From: an uncultured delta proteobacterium
GTDB taxonomy: Bacteria; Myxococcota_A; Polyangia; Polyangiales; Polyangiaceae
Direction: 5' to 3'
Length of the DNA stretch: 64,000 nucleotides
Assembly (NCBI GenBank): GCA_963850305.1
Contig: CAWKKR010000007.1
Coordinates: 64,001 to 128,000 of the forward strand
The notes under the pieces were generated by a model. It did no database searches. It was not told where the DNA came from and worked only from the letters and a program-made list of their open reading frames with translations. This document shows, piece after piece, positions 8,703 to 18,890 of this stretch (positions are counted from its first letter, which is position 1; every line of letters begins with the position of its first letter). Position numbers and translations under genes: made by a program.

Positions 8703-10544
8703 ATGAACGACGGCTCGGCACGACCCGAGGACCCGGAAACCGGCCCCGACCCGCTCATCGGAACGGTCATCGCCGATCGGTATCGGGTGGACGACCGCCT
8801 GGGCACCGGCGGCATGGGCGCCGTTTACCGGGCGGAGCACGTGTTGATGAAGAAGGCCGTCGCGGTGAAGGTGTTGCACCGCGAGATGACGGCGCTCGAG
8901 GAGGTCGTGAAGCGCTTCGAGCGCGAGGCGATCGCGGCGGGACGCATCGAGCACCCGAACGTCGCGGTCGCGACCGACTTCGGCAAGCTCGAGGACGGCT
9001 CGTTCTACCTCGTGCTCGAGTACGTCCCGGGGAGGAGTCTGACGGACGTCCTCGCAGAAGGCGCGCTGCCGGCCGAGCGGGCTCTCTTCATCGCGCGCCA
9101 GGTGGCGTCCGCCCTGGGTGCGGCACACGCGGCCGGCATCGTGCATCGCGACCTGAAGCCGGACAACATCATGCTCATCGACCGTGGCGGCACGACGGAC
9201 TTCGTCAAGGTCCTGGACTTCGGGATCGCGAAGGTGAGCTCGGAGCATACGGGCGGCAATCAGCTGACGCAGCTCGGTGCCGTCTTCGGAACGCCCGCTT
9301 ACATGTCGCCCGAGCAGGCTGCCGGACAGGCCGTCGATCCACGCGCGGACCTTTATGCGCTGGGCCTCGTCCTCCACGAGATGCTCGCGGGTCACGCGGT
9401 GTTCGAGTCCGACGACATGGTGGCGCTCCTGATGAAGCAGCTGACCGAGCCGCCGCCGCCATTGCCGGACACCGTGGACGCGAAGCTCGCGGCGCTGGTG
9501 ATGCAATTGCTCCAGAAGGACCCGAAGGATCGCGTACAGAGCGCCGCCGAGCTCGTCGTGAGCATCGACGCCTGCCTCGGGCCTCTCGCGTTGCCGCCGG
9601 ATAGCTCCGCCTTCGGGCCATTCAGCGCCAGGGTCGTTCCGGCTCCGGCGGCGGCACCCGCGCCCGTCTCGCCTCTGCCACCCCTCGGCGGCGGAGCGCC
9701 GCCTTCGTCGACTCGCGCGGGCGCGCTGTTCGCGACGGTGCTGGCGGTGGCCCCGCGTCCGAGCGGATTACGTCTCGCGGGGCGCGACGTTCCGAGGTGG
9801 CTGGTCGTCGCTGCGGCGGTCGTCGTTCTCGCCCTGGCCCTCGCGCTTCACCATCGTCACTCGACGGCGCTGCCCGTGGGACATCGTGCCGCGCCGCCGC
9901 CCGTCGAGCTCGCGCCCATCATCGCGCGTGCGAAGGTAGGCGACCGTGCCGCGATCGCGCAGCTCGAGGCACGGCCGGCGACCACGCGGACCGCCGCGGA
10001 GTGGATGGCGCTCGGCAAGGGTCACGCCGTGTTCGCCGAGTACGGTCCCGCGCTCCTCGCCTTTCGCCATGCGGTGACCCTCGACCCGCCTCTCGCCTCC
10101 GATGCCGGGATGCTCGCGGACGTGCGCCGGGCCGCGGACGACGATTCCGCGCAGAAGGACGCGCTCGATCTCGCCGCAGGGCCCCTGATGGCGAGCGGTG
10201 CGGACCTCCTGTTCGACGTGTGGGCGTCGACGAACGATAAGACGCAGGCGACGATCCTCGCCAAGTCCCTCCTCGACCGCGACGACGTCGAGGCTCACGG
10301 GTCTCCGGCGCTCCGCGTCGCGCTCGATCTGCGTCGCGCCACCAAGTGCGACGACGTGAAGAATCTGCTCCCGGCGGCTCTCGCCGATGCGGACGAACGG
10401 TCGGTGCGAAGGCTCACCCAGCTCGCCACTCGACGCGGCTGTGGCTTTCTCGGTCTCGGCGACTGCTATCCTTGTCTGCGCTCGGACGACCAGCTCTCGG
10501 ACGCGCTGAAGGCCGCGCAAACCAGGAAGGCCCCCAGATTCTAG
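8703..10544 (+). CDS. Membrane Ser/Thr protein kinase (Hanks type)
   Basis: LGTGGMGAVY, VAVK, HRDLKPDN, DFG, GTPAYMSPE; Pro-rich linker, TM segment, helical TPR-like C-terminus with GCG..DCYPCL. Confidence 0.95.
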   Translation: MNDGSARPEDPETGPDPLIGTVIADRYRVDDRLGTGGMGAVYRAEHVLMKKAVAVKVLHREMTALEEVVKRFEREAIAAGRIEHPNVAVATDFGKLEDGSFYLVLEYVPGRSLTDVLAEGALPAERALFIARQVASALGAAHAAGIVHRDLKPDNIMLIDRGGTTDFVKVLDFGIAKVSSEHTGGNQLTQLGAVFGTPAYMSPEQAAGQAVDPRADLYALGLVLHEMLAGHAVFESDDMVALLMKQLTEPPPPLPDTVDAKLAALVMQLLQKDPKDRVQSAAELVVSIDACLGPLALPPDSSAFGPFSARVVPAPAAAPAPVSPLPPLGGGAPPSSTRAGALFATVLAVAPRPSGLRLAGRDVPRWLVVAAAVVVLALALALHHRHSTALPVGHRAAPPPVELAPIIARAKVGDRAAIAQLEARPATTRTAAEWMALGKGHAVFAEYGPALLAFRHAVTLDPPLASDAGMLADVRRAADDDSAQKDALDLAAGPLMASGADLLFDVWASTNDKTQATILAKSLLDRDDVEAHGSPALRVALDLRRATKCDDVKNLLPAALADADERSVRRLTQLATRRGCGFLGLGDCYPCLRSDDQLSDALKAAQTRKAPRF

Positions 10545-10565
10545 AGCGAGCGGGCGAGCGTTCCC

Positions 10566-11915
10566 TCATTCTTCGACGAAACTCTTCAGGTTTCGCGAAC
10601 GGCTCGCGCGGCGGAGCTTGTGGAGCGCGCGTCCCTCGATCTGACGAACGCGCTCGCGCGTCACGGAGAAGTCGCGTCCGACCTCCTCCAGAGTGTGTTC
10701 GGTTTTTTCGTCCAGACCGAAGCGCATTCGAATGACCTTCTCCTCGCGGGGCGTCAGAGTCTTCAGGAGATCGCGGGCGCGGTGCTGCATGTCCCGCAGG
10801 ATGACGTCTTCGGCCGGACTCGGGAACCGGTCGTCCTCGACGAAATCACCGAGCCGCGAGTCTTCTTCGTCTCCGACGGGCGTTTCGAGACTGACGGGTT
10901 CCTTGGCGAGCTTGAGCAACATCTCGACGCGCTCGAGCGGCACGTCCGCGCGCGCGGCGAGCTCGTCCGGAGACGGCTCCCGTCCCAGTTCCTGCACGAG
11001 CCGCGCCGACGTCCGGAGGACCATGTTCAAGGATTCGATCATGTGAACCGGGATGCGGATCGTCCGCGCCTGATCCGCGAGCGCGCGCGTGATCGATTGC
11101 CGGATCCACCACGTCGCGTACGTGCTGAACTTGTACCCACGCCGGTATTCGAACTTCTCGGCCGCCCGCATCACGCCGATGTTGCCCTCCTGGATGAGGT
11201 CGAGGAAGTTGAGGCCACGGTTCACGTATCGCTTCGCGAGCGACACGACGAGCCGGAGATTGGCCTGGACGAGCTCCGCCTTCGCTATGTTCGCCTTCTT
11301 TTCTCCCTCGGCGATGAGCCGGAGTGTCTCGAGTAGCTCGCGGCGATGGAGCGACGACCGCTCTTCGTCGAGCCTGGCACGCACGGTCGAAATCAGGCCG
11401 CGCAGCGCCCCTTCCGTGAGGCGCATCTCTTCGAACGCGGTCGTGCTCTCCTGAGCGAGGCGGCTGAGCTCGGCGTCGACGATCGCCCGGCGCTCTCCGC
11501 TCGTGCGCACGCGCTCCGAAGCGAGCGCCGACCGGTTCGCCTCGAGCTTCTCGACTCGAGCGACGAGTCGCGCGAGTCGTTCCTCGGCCGCCACCTCGTC
11601 GAAGGACTCCGGATCGTCCTCCGCATCGCGCACGACGTCCCCGACGCGGAGTTTCTGTGTCCGTACCCGGTCCATGAGCTCGGAGATCCCCCGCGCGGCG
11701 GTCGGGCACGCGAACAATGCTCCGTGCGCCTGTCGCGTTCCTTCTTCGATGGCCTGACCCACGCGGACTTCCCCCTCACGACTGAGGAGCGGCAAGCGCG
11801 ACATCCGGCTCAGATACGCGTTGAGCGAATCTTCGTGCGTCGGACCGAGGGGATCGCGCGCGCGGCTCTGCCGCGGACGCGGGCCGGGCGGGGATGAGGA
11901 TCGATGTTCGCTCAC
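10566..11915 (-). CDS. Sigma-70 family (RpoD-like) RNA polymerase sigma factor
   Basis: Region 1.2 DSLNAYL..LLSREGE; region 2 [35 protein letters not shown]; region 4 [16 protein letters not shown]; start (GTG 11915) uncertain. Confidence 0.93.
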   Translation of the reverse strand: MSEHRSSSPPGPRPRQSRARDPLGPTHEDSLNAYLSRMSRLPLLSREGEVRVGQAIEEGTRQAHGALFACPTAARGISELMDRVRTQKLRVGDVVRDAEDDPESFDEVAAEERLARLVARVEKLEANRSALASERVRTSGERRAIVDAELSRLAQESTTAFEEMRLTEGALRGLISTVRARLDEERSSLHRRELLETLRLIAEGEKKANIAKAELVQANLRLVVSLAKRYVNRGLNFLDLIQEGNIGVMRAAEKFEYRRGYKFSTYATWWIRQSITRALADQARTIRIPVHMIESLNMVLRTSARLVQELGREPSPDELAARADVPLERVEMLLKLAKEPVSLETPVGDEEDSRLGDFVEDDRFPSPAEDVILRDMQHRARDLLKTLTPREEKVIRMRFGLDEKTEHTLEEVGRDFSVTRERVRQIEGRALHKLRRASRSRNLKSFVEE

Positions 11916-12157
11916 GGGTGTTTGGATTCGCGCGGCAAGCAGGGGCAATCCTAGCGCACCCGGGCCCCGGGTGCCCGCCGCCGGTCCTGGACGTGCGGCG
12001 CGTACCCCTCGCACTGAACGGAAAAGGAGAGCAGTGGCGGCTGGCCCATACCGTATTCGGCCCCTTCGGACGCTTCGCGCTTGGCAGCGACCCCCGCACC
12101 CGCTTGAATACAGGCCGACTTTGGGCGCGAACGCGCGAGCGCCCCCGGCGTAGGGAA

Positions 12158-13870
12158 ATGGACGTCGACTTCTACACGCTCGAGCGGCACGTTCAGGATC
12201 GTTTTGCCGATGCGACGCGAGGCATCGGTTTGCCGACGCCGCTACTGCGCGAAGCGTCGAAGGACTACTCGGACGTCTTCTGGCTCGTCGGGGCGGCGGT
12301 CTCGCTGATCGCGCTCGGCTTTTCCGCGCTCGTCGGATTCGGCAATCTCGACAGCTCGATGGCGATCGCGAGACCCAGTGTTGCCGTGGTCTCGGCGGTC
12401 GTCGTTGCAGCCGCGGCGTATTGCGTCCTCCGGTTCTTCGCGATCCGGGATGGGCGTGCGAGGATTCCCTACCTCCCCGGCCTCTACCTGTTTCCCGCAG
12501 GCGTGTTCGACGCTCGCGCCGAGCCCATCCGCGTCTTCTTGCACCCCGACATAAAGGAAACGAAGGTCGTCGGTGACGCGGTGTGCTTCGTGACGGGTGG
12601 AGGCTCATTCCTGTTCAATGCCGGTGATGCCGGCATGGCGGCAAGAGTCGAGGAGGCCTTCGCTCGGGCGGCCGAGCAGTGCGCCCAGGTCCTGCAGACC
12701 GCGAACCGGCGCGAGCAGGCGATGCTCGATCCTCTCGTCGATAGCGGATTTTCGAGCCCGTTTTCCCCGCAGATGCGCATCGCTCGTCGGGTGCCCCTCT
12801 GGGCCAAGGTGGCTCCGGTCATCGCGCTTGCCTTCGGAGCCGCGCTCGGGCCGCTGCTCTGGAAGGTCCGGAACGTCGTGAGTGAGGAGCGGATCTACGC
12901 AGCGGCGGTTCATCGGAACGATGTGGCGAGCTATCGCGAATACCTGGCGCGAGGCGGACCTCGGGCGGACGTCGCGGAGGTCAGATTGCCGCGTGCGGAG
13001 CTCGCCGAGGCCGTCCATGCGGGTACGGTGGAAGCGATCGAGCAGTTCGCGGCGACGCACCCGGACTCGAAGATTGCCGGCGAGATCGACGCGGCGCTCC
13101 ACGCCGCGGTGGGCGTGGAGCTCGACGCCGCCATCCACGCCGGTACCGTGACGGCCCTTCGCGCGTTCCGCGTCAAGAGGAGCAAGTACGCTTTCACCGC
13201 CCCGGCCGTGGAAGCCGCGACCGTCGCGATTTATCGCCGCCTTCTCGCTCGCTTCGCAGCTGGTAAGGACCCCGCCGTCGTCTCGTTCTTCGAACGCCTG
13301 CTCGGTTATGCCAAGGCTCATGGCCCCGGCGTGCACGTGCTCTTCGTTCGCCGGATCACCGACTCGGTCGGGGCCGCCGACAATCAGGTGAAGATGAGCG
13401 CGTATTACATGGGGAAGCAGTCTCTGCCGTCGCAGTACTTCGTGGGCGATTACGCGGCGCGGCGGGAAGCCGCTGCGGCCGACCGTCTCGCCCATGTCAT
13501 CGGCGATCCGTTCCCGGCCGACGTGCTGGCCGTCACGACGCTTCCCGCGTTCACCGATCCCGGCGCGCCGCCCGCCCCGACGGAGCCCACGCTCAGCGTG
13601 GAATACGCCCCGGAACTGGCGGGCGGCTACATGAGTCCCAAGCCGCGAGGCGTGTTCGTCGGGGTGGGGATGACGTTCAAAGCGTCGTTCCAGATCCCAG
13701 GTGACGACCAGCCGCTCGAGGTCAAGTCGTCCTTGTGGCGCGCGCCGACCCCGCAGGTCTTGCGAGACCCGGGGACATCGGTGTCGGACGTCTACGACAA
13801 GATGGCGGGGGACGGCTTCGCGAAGTTCGTGAAGGACTTCTCGGCGCTCCTGGGAGTTCCTGGCTCCTGA
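12158..13870 (+). CDS. Hypothetical membrane protein
   Basis: ATG 12158 after AGGGA; about three hydrophobic segments; repeated A(V/I)HAGTV.A(I/L)..F helical units. Confidence 0.8.
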   Translation: MDVDFYTLERHVQDRFADATRGIGLPTPLLREASKDYSDVFWLVGAAVSLIALGFSALVGFGNLDSSMAIARPSVAVVSAVVVAAAAYCVLRFFAIRDGRARIPYLPGLYLFPAGVFDARAEPIRVFLHPDIKETKVVGDAVCFVTGGGSFLFNAGDAGMAARVEEAFARAAEQCAQVLQTANRREQAMLDPLVDSGFSSPFSPQMRIARRVPLWAKVAPVIALAFGAALGPLLWKVRNVVSEERIYAAAVHRNDVASYREYLARGGPRADVAEVRLPRAELAEAVHAGTVEAIEQFAATHPDSKIAGEIDAALHAAVGVELDAAIHAGTVTALRAFRVKRSKYAFTAPAVEAATVAIYRRLLARFAAGKDPAVVSFFERLLGYAKAHGPGVHVLFVRRITDSVGAADNQVKMSAYYMGKQSLPSQYFVGDYAARREAAAADRLAHVIGDPFPADVLAVTTLPAFTDPGAPPAPTEPTLSVEYAPELAGGYMSPKPRGVFVGVGMTFKASFQIPGDDQPLEVKSSLWRAPTPQVLRDPGTSVSDVYDKMAGDGFAKFVKDFSALLGVPGS

Positions 13871-13883
13871 GAATCGGGTCCGC

Positions 13884-15536
13884 TCACCCGGGGCGACGTC
13901 GCTCGCGGCGCCATGCGGCGAATCGCTCGGCGGGCATCGGCCTCGCGTGGAGAAACCCTTGCGCGATCGTGCACCGGAGATCCCGCAAGAATTCGGCCTC
14001 CGCCTCGGTCTCGACGCCTTCCGCGACCACCGTCAGGTTCAGGCTGTGCGCGAGCGCGACGATGGCATTCGTGATGGCGGCGTTCTCCGTGTTGAGTGGC
14101 AGCCCGCGCACGAACTCCTTGTCGATCTTGATCGTGTCCATCGGAAAGTGTTTCACGTACCTGAGCGACGCGTAGCCCGTGCCGAAGTCGTCGACGGCGA
14201 CGCGGACGCCGCTCTGGCGCAAGGTCTTGAGCGCGTCGCGTACGGCCGGCGTCGTATCCAGCATCACTCCCTCGGTGAGCTCCAGCGTGAGTAGCTCCGC
14301 GTCGAGCTTCGTTTCCGCGAGCGCGCTCTGCACGACGCGAACGACGTCACCGAGAATGAATTGCCGTGCCGACACGTTGACGCTGATCTTGAGCGGCTCG
14401 CCGGCGGCAGCCCACGTCGCCGCTTGCCGGCATGCCTGTCGCAGAACCCACTCGCCGACCTCCTCGATCAAGTCGGCGCTCTCGAGCAGCGGGACGAACT
14501 CCGACGGCTCGATCACGCCCAGCCCTTCGTCGCGCCATCTGAGCAACGCTTCGGCCCCGACGAGCTCATCCGTCTCGAGATCGATCTGCGGCTGATACTC
14601 GATCAAGAAGTCCTCGCGTTCGAGCGCACGTTCGAGCGCGCGCTCGAGGGCCATTCGCCGTGACACGAGGCCCGTCGTGGGCGAGCTCGGAAACCGAAAC
14701 GTGCTGCCCCCGGCTCCCGCGGCGAGGGTCAGGGCCTCCCTGGCGCGCTGGGTGAGAAGCTCGGCGTCCTCGCCGTCCTCGGGGAACACGGCGATCCCGA
14801 CACTGGGCGCGAGAGCCACTTGCTTGCCGCGCACCGACGCGGGCACCCCGAGCTCGACGAGGACCCGCTCCGCGATGCGCCCGGCGCGAAACTTCGGATC
14901 GCGCTCTTCCACGAGCACGAAGAACGTATTTTCCGAACGACTCAGCGTCTCCACGTCCAGCAAGGACGACCGGACGCGCTCGAGCGCGATACCCTGGAGC
15001 ATCGCCACCACGCCTGGGTCCGGCTTTTCTTCCGAGCGCGCCCCGTCCCAGCGGATCGCGAGCAACCCGGCGCCCCCGAAACCGCGCCGCGCCCGCGCGA
15101 TCGCGTTCTCGAGGCGGTACTGCAACGCCTGGGCGCCGACCGTCGGGGCAGCCTGGTCCGTCCGTTCGACGCGGCGTTCCCGGGAAGCGCGGGCGATCGC
15201 GTGCCGCACCGCGCGGTCCAGCGTGGTCGCCGACAGATCGCCCTGCACGAGTACGTCCGCCACGCCGCGCGCGAGGGTCTTGGCTTCGAACGCAGCGTCC
15301 GGCCGGCGAACGAGCACGATGACCGGACGCGCGCCGCGCCGCGCGATGGCCTGGGCGAGGCCCGCGCCGCGCCCACTTCCGAACAGCGCATCGATGAGAT
15401 ACACGTCGTGCTCGTCGCGCTCGAGTGCGGACTTCGCGAACTCGTAGCTCCCTTCCCAGTCCACCTCGTGTGCCCCTCCGAGCATCCCCGAAAGGCGTTC
15501 GTCGCGAGCGTCGGAGCAGAAGAGAACGCGGAGCAT
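13884..15536 (-). CDS. REC-like / degenerate GGDEF / EAL protein (c-di-GMP phosphodiesterase)
   Basis: YQPQ, GAEALLRW, SVNVS, LELTEG, DDFGTGYASL, KIDK, VAEGVET; GGDEF position reads SRSENTF. Confidence 0.9.
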   Translation of the reverse strand: MLRVLFCSDARDERLSGMLGGAHEVDWEGSYEFAKSALERDEHDVYLIDALFGSGRGAGLAQAIARRGARPVIVLVRRPDAAFEAKTLARGVADVLVQGDLSATTLDRAVRHAIARASRERRVERTDQAAPTVGAQALQYRLENAIARARRGFGGAGLLAIRWDGARSEEKPDPGVVAMLQGIALERVRSSLLDVETLSRSENTFFVLVEERDPKFRAGRIAERVLVELGVPASVRGKQVALAPSVGIAVFPEDGEDAELLTQRAREALTLAAGAGGSTFRFPSSPTTGLVSRRMALERALERALEREDFLIEYQPQIDLETDELVGAEALLRWRDEGLGVIEPSEFVPLLESADLIEEVGEWVLRQACRQAATWAAAGEPLKISVNVSARQFILGDVVRVVQSALAETKLDAELLTLELTEGVMLDTTPAVRDALKTLRQSGVRVAVDDFGTGYASLRYVKHFPMDTIKIDKEFVRGLPLNTENAAITNAIVALAHSLNLTVVAEGVETEAEAEFLRDLRCTIAQGFLHARPMPAERFAAWRRERRRPG

Positions 15537-15674
15537 CGGCTCGAAACGGTCAGCCTCACGCTAATACAGAATACGCCCGGCGCGTTCGCGGAGTTCCGGG
15601 CACGGGGGCGCGTATCCAATGTGGGAGCGTCGCGCCGGCTCGACGGCGGGCTCCGGGGTGCTTACGCTCGAATC

Positions 15675-16034
15675 ATGCGCTGGTGCTGGCAGACCCTCGG
15701 AGGAGCAGCGATTCTGTTGGTTTCTGGATGCATGGAGCAGCCGGCGGAGGCTCCTCCGCGCTCGGGTGCCTATGATTATCCTCCGCCGCCGAGCCAGACG
15801 GCGAACGGGCAGGTCGTCGGCGCGGACGAGATGTCGCCCCAGGACAAGCTCGCCAGCGGTCCGCGAGTGGGTTCGGAGGGCTTCTTGCCGGCCGGAAGGC
15901 CCGCGGGCCCCGAGCAGAAAAAGAAACCTCAGCCACCGAGCTCATCGTCACAGTCCGCGCAGCAGCCGTGCGCTCAGGGTGGCGTGACGGCGAACGGCAC
16001 TCCGGCGCCGCCCTGCAAGACCCAGGGGCAGTGA
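15675..16034 (+). CDS. Small lipoprotein, hypothetical
   Basis: MRWCWQTLGGAAILLVSGC lipobox followed by Pro/Gln-rich sequence. Confidence 0.7.
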   Translation: MRWCWQTLGGAAILLVSGCMEQPAEAPPRSGAYDYPPPPSQTANGQVVGADEMSPQDKLASGPRVGSEGFLPAGRPAGPEQKKKPQPPSSSSQSAQQPCAQGGVTANGTPAPPCKTQGQ

Positions 16035-16071
16035 CGGACGCGGCGCCAGGCTTTCCACGTTCCCCGGAGCG

Positions 16072-17064
16072 TCACTTCAGCTCGACGTCCTTCGCTCCCG
16101 GGCCGAGCAAGGTCCCGCACATCGTCTTGCAGAGGGCGTCCTTCGGCTTGCAGGTGCACGCGCCGCGCTTCTTCAGCGCGAGTTTCTCCCTCATCTCTTC
16201 GACCGTGAAGCGCGCGTAGCCCTCGATCGTCCTGAAGGGCGTCTTCTTCTTGACCTGCTTCGGCGTCCTCGGATCCGTCGGTTTCCCGTCCGGTTCCTCG
16301 CAGCACCGGAAACCGAGGTAGTAGTAATAAAACCCCTCGTCGTGCGTGTAGATCTTGGGGCGGCACTGGTTTCGCACGCCCTTGTACCAGGGGCCTCCCG
16401 TGTTCACGCTGTCGAACTTGCCCTTCCAGTCGCTCGTGAACGTCTCGCTCGAGACCACGTCGTCCGTGTTGCCCGCGAGATCCGCGATGCCGAAGTCACT
16501 CACGCACCCTGGTTCTGCCCCGTTACGTACGCCCTGCCAGAGCCGTGCGAGCTCCTCGGGGTCACGCTGGGCGACCTTCTTCATGTTCGGCTTGTCCCAC
16601 TCGCGATCGCCGTTGCACTTGTTCGGGTCGCGCACGTAACCGTACGGGAACGGTTTCATCTCCGGACCCTCGCACGCGAAGGTCCATTCGCTCTCCGTGC
16701 ACATGCGCTTGCCGACCGAAGCGCACTTCACCTGTGCTTGATAGAAGTTGTTCATCACCTCCGGTCGGTCGCCCTTCACGTTCGGCCAGGAGTACTCGTC
16801 GATGCAAAACCGCTTGTGCACGCGCTCCCCGACGCATTTCGTCGGCGGCTTGAACGCCTCGCAGACGACCTTCTTGTTCGGCACGTCGAACCAGCTCTTC
16901 AGACACTCCTGCTCGACCTCGGTGCAATAGTCGCCCTCGACGAGCTTCATGCCGCTCGGGCACGCGCTGCCGTCCGACGCCGCACTCGCGGATTCCGCTG
17001 CGCCCCGCACAGGCCACCAGCTCACGAGGACGAGCGCCGCCAGGACTCCGAGAACGAACCGCAT
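16072..17064 (-). CDS. Secreted FGE-sulfatase (SUMF1/EgtB/PvdO-like) domain protein
   Basis: Signal peptide, CPSGMKLVEG, FCIDEY, GKRMCTESEWTFAC, DLAGN, GFRCC. Confidence 0.88.
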   Translation of the reverse strand: MRFVLGVLAALVLVSWWPVRGAAESASAASDGSACPSGMKLVEGDYCTEVEQECLKSWFDVPNKKVVCEAFKPPTKCVGERVHKRFCIDEYSWPNVKGDRPEVMNNFYQAQVKCASVGKRMCTESEWTFACEGPEMKPFPYGYVRDPNKCNGDREWDKPNMKKVAQRDPEELARLWQGVRNGAEPGCVSDFGIADLAGNTDDVVSSETFTSDWKGKFDSVNTGGPWYKGVRNQCRPKIYTHDEGFYYYYLGFRCCEEPDGKPTDPRTPKQVKKKTPFRTIEGYARFTVEEMREKLALKKRGACTCKPKDALCKTMCGTLLGPGAKDVELK

Positions 17065-17201
17065 CGATCGCGATATACTAGGAAAGGGCGGCCTTGCGCC
17101 CCGCGGCTCGCTCCGCGACCGCTCCCCCCGCGCGAGCTGCGCTTCCCGCGCTCGAAGCGGCACTCGCGGTGGAGCTCGACGAACAGGGCCGGTAGCGATC
17201 G

Positions 17202-18890
17202 CTACGGCGCGTTCCGGAGGCCGAAGGCGGTCTCCCGCTCCTTGTGGCACTCGGGGCTCGGTCCCCAGAGCACGCCGATCTGCCCGCCGTAGAAGGGCCC
17301 CCAATCGCTCGTGGGTTTCTCGAGGATGGGTTCTGCGAACAGTCCCCAATCGCAGAGCGGCTGAATATCGAGCTCGGCGTAGGCGCCGAACGCGCCCTCG
17401 GGCTTCCCCGTTCGCACCTGGTCGAGATTGACCTCCTCGAGCGCCACGCTCGGCCCGAAGCCGAACGAGACGACGTTGAACGGGATCCGGAGCCCCAGAC
17501 GAGCGCCGAAGCGGTCCCACGCCACGTGCGCGGACGAGGGAAGCGAGTAGTTCGTGCGGAACGTCCGGCGCGCCATGGACCCCGCCGCGAGCGAGCCGTT
17601 CAGCCAGACTCCGAACCATCGACCGACCGCCCCCACTTCGCCGGCGACCCCGGTGGCCGCCACGCCGTTCGACGAATATTCTTCGGGTACATCGTTCGTG
17701 ATGTCTCCGCCCGCGAACCACAACCCGAGCCCGGCGCGAAACCAGCCCGGCGAGCCTTGCGGGCCACGGAACAACACGAACCGGCTCGACTCGAGCGCTC
17801 CGGTCACGTCCGCGCCCTTCACGGGGTCGACCGTGAGCTTCAAGTCCCGCGACCGGCAGCCGACACCCGAGATACGGATCGTGTGCGGACCAGGCGCCGT
17901 CGGATACTCGACGTGCTCCACGACGTTCTTGCCGAGTTCCGCGTTCAGACGTTGCTTGACCGGACCGGGCGGCAACACCTCCGGCCCGTCGAGGTAGACG
18001 ACGAGTCCATCCTCGGGGCCTCTCGGCTCGGCATCGCCGCACCCCACCGCGACGCGCAACATCGGTTTCACGACGGCAGCGGTCGCCTCGGGCTCCAGCA
18101 CAACGTTCAGCGACCGTGTCTCCTTGTCCTGGACGACAATCTCGGTCTGGTACGGATGCATTCCGGGGGCGGTGACGCGCAGCTGATGCCCGCCGCTCGG
18201 GATCGTTTGTTCCACCTTGGTCGTGCCGATCTGCTGGTCGTCCAGGAAGATGGCCGCGCCCGCCGGGGCGTCGACGATGAGCTTGCCTTGATGGACTTCT
18301 CTTACGAGAGCGACGTCCACGGTGACGCTGGCGCTGCCCCCGACGGGGAGCGTCTTCTCGAACGGTCGAAAGTCCGGCTTGACGATGCGCAGGTGCCGCT
18401 CGCCGATGTCGAGCACGACGGGCGCCGCGAGCGGGGAGGTGCCAATCAACTCGTCATCCACGAAGATCTGCGCGCCCGCCTCGTTTACTCGAAACGTCGC
18501 CTGCGTCGTGAACGGCGCGAGCGTCGCGATGAGATCCGCGGCGTCCGTCTTGTCCTTCGCGGACAAGACGGTCGCGCCTTCTTTCTCGTACCGCTCGAGC
18601 GTCGCGATGACCTTCGAATAGTGGCGCAGGTTTTTCTCGCAGAAGGCGACGTCCCACAACACGCGTGGGTCCTTCGACGCGTCGTACGCACCCTGGAATT
18701 TGATGAGCGCGCCTGCGAAGTCCCCGTCGTTCGCGAGGAGCTTGGCGGCTTCGAAATCCGCCCGGGCATCGCCGGTCAGTGTCTGGGAAAGAGACTTCGG
18801 CTTCGCGTGCGGAGCGGCGAGCGCGGAGGGGACGCCGAGGGCAACACTGACCAGCGCAAGGGCGATGCCGGCGCGGCGCACGCGCTTCAT
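17202..18890 (-). CDS. TPR + PEGA domain exported protein with probable C-terminal beta-barrel
   Basis: Signal peptide; A..DF.AA..L...GDFAGAL..F..AY TPR; two PEGA repeats (GAQIFVDD..IGTSPL, GAAIFLDD..IGT); alternating aromatic/Gly strands at the C-terminus. Confidence 0.85.
   Translation of the reverse strand: MKRVRRAGIALALVSVALGVPSALAAPHAKPKSLSQTLTGDARADFEAAKLLANDGDFAGALIKFQGAYDASKDPRVLWDVAFCEKNLRHYSKVIATLERYEKEGATVLSAKDKTDAADLIATLAPFTTQATFRVNEAGAQIFVDDELIGTSPLAAPVVLDIGERHLRIVKPDFRPFEKTLPVGGSASVTVDVALVREVHQGKLIVDAPAGAAIFLDDQQIGTTKVEQTIPSGGHQLRVTAPGMHPYQTEIVVQDKETRSLNVVLEPEATAAVVKPMLRVAVGCGDAEPRGPEDGLVVYLDGPEVLPPGPVKQRLNAELGKNVVEHVEYPTAPGPHTIRISGVGCRSRDLKLTVDPVKGADVTGALESSRFVLFRGPQGSPGWFRAGLGLWFAGGDITNDVPEEYSSNGVAATGVAGEVGAVGRWFGVWLNGSLAAGSMARRTFRTNYSLPSSAHVAWDRFGARLGLRIPFNVVSFGFGPSVALEEVNLDQVRTGKPEGAFGAYAELDIQPLCDWGLFAEPILEKPTSDWGPFYGGQIGVLWGPSPECHKERETAFGLRNAP

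Noticed and set aside
16072..16400. FGE/CLec-fold C-terminus as a DGR target
   Set aside because: No second copy (template repeat) of this segment seen in the window
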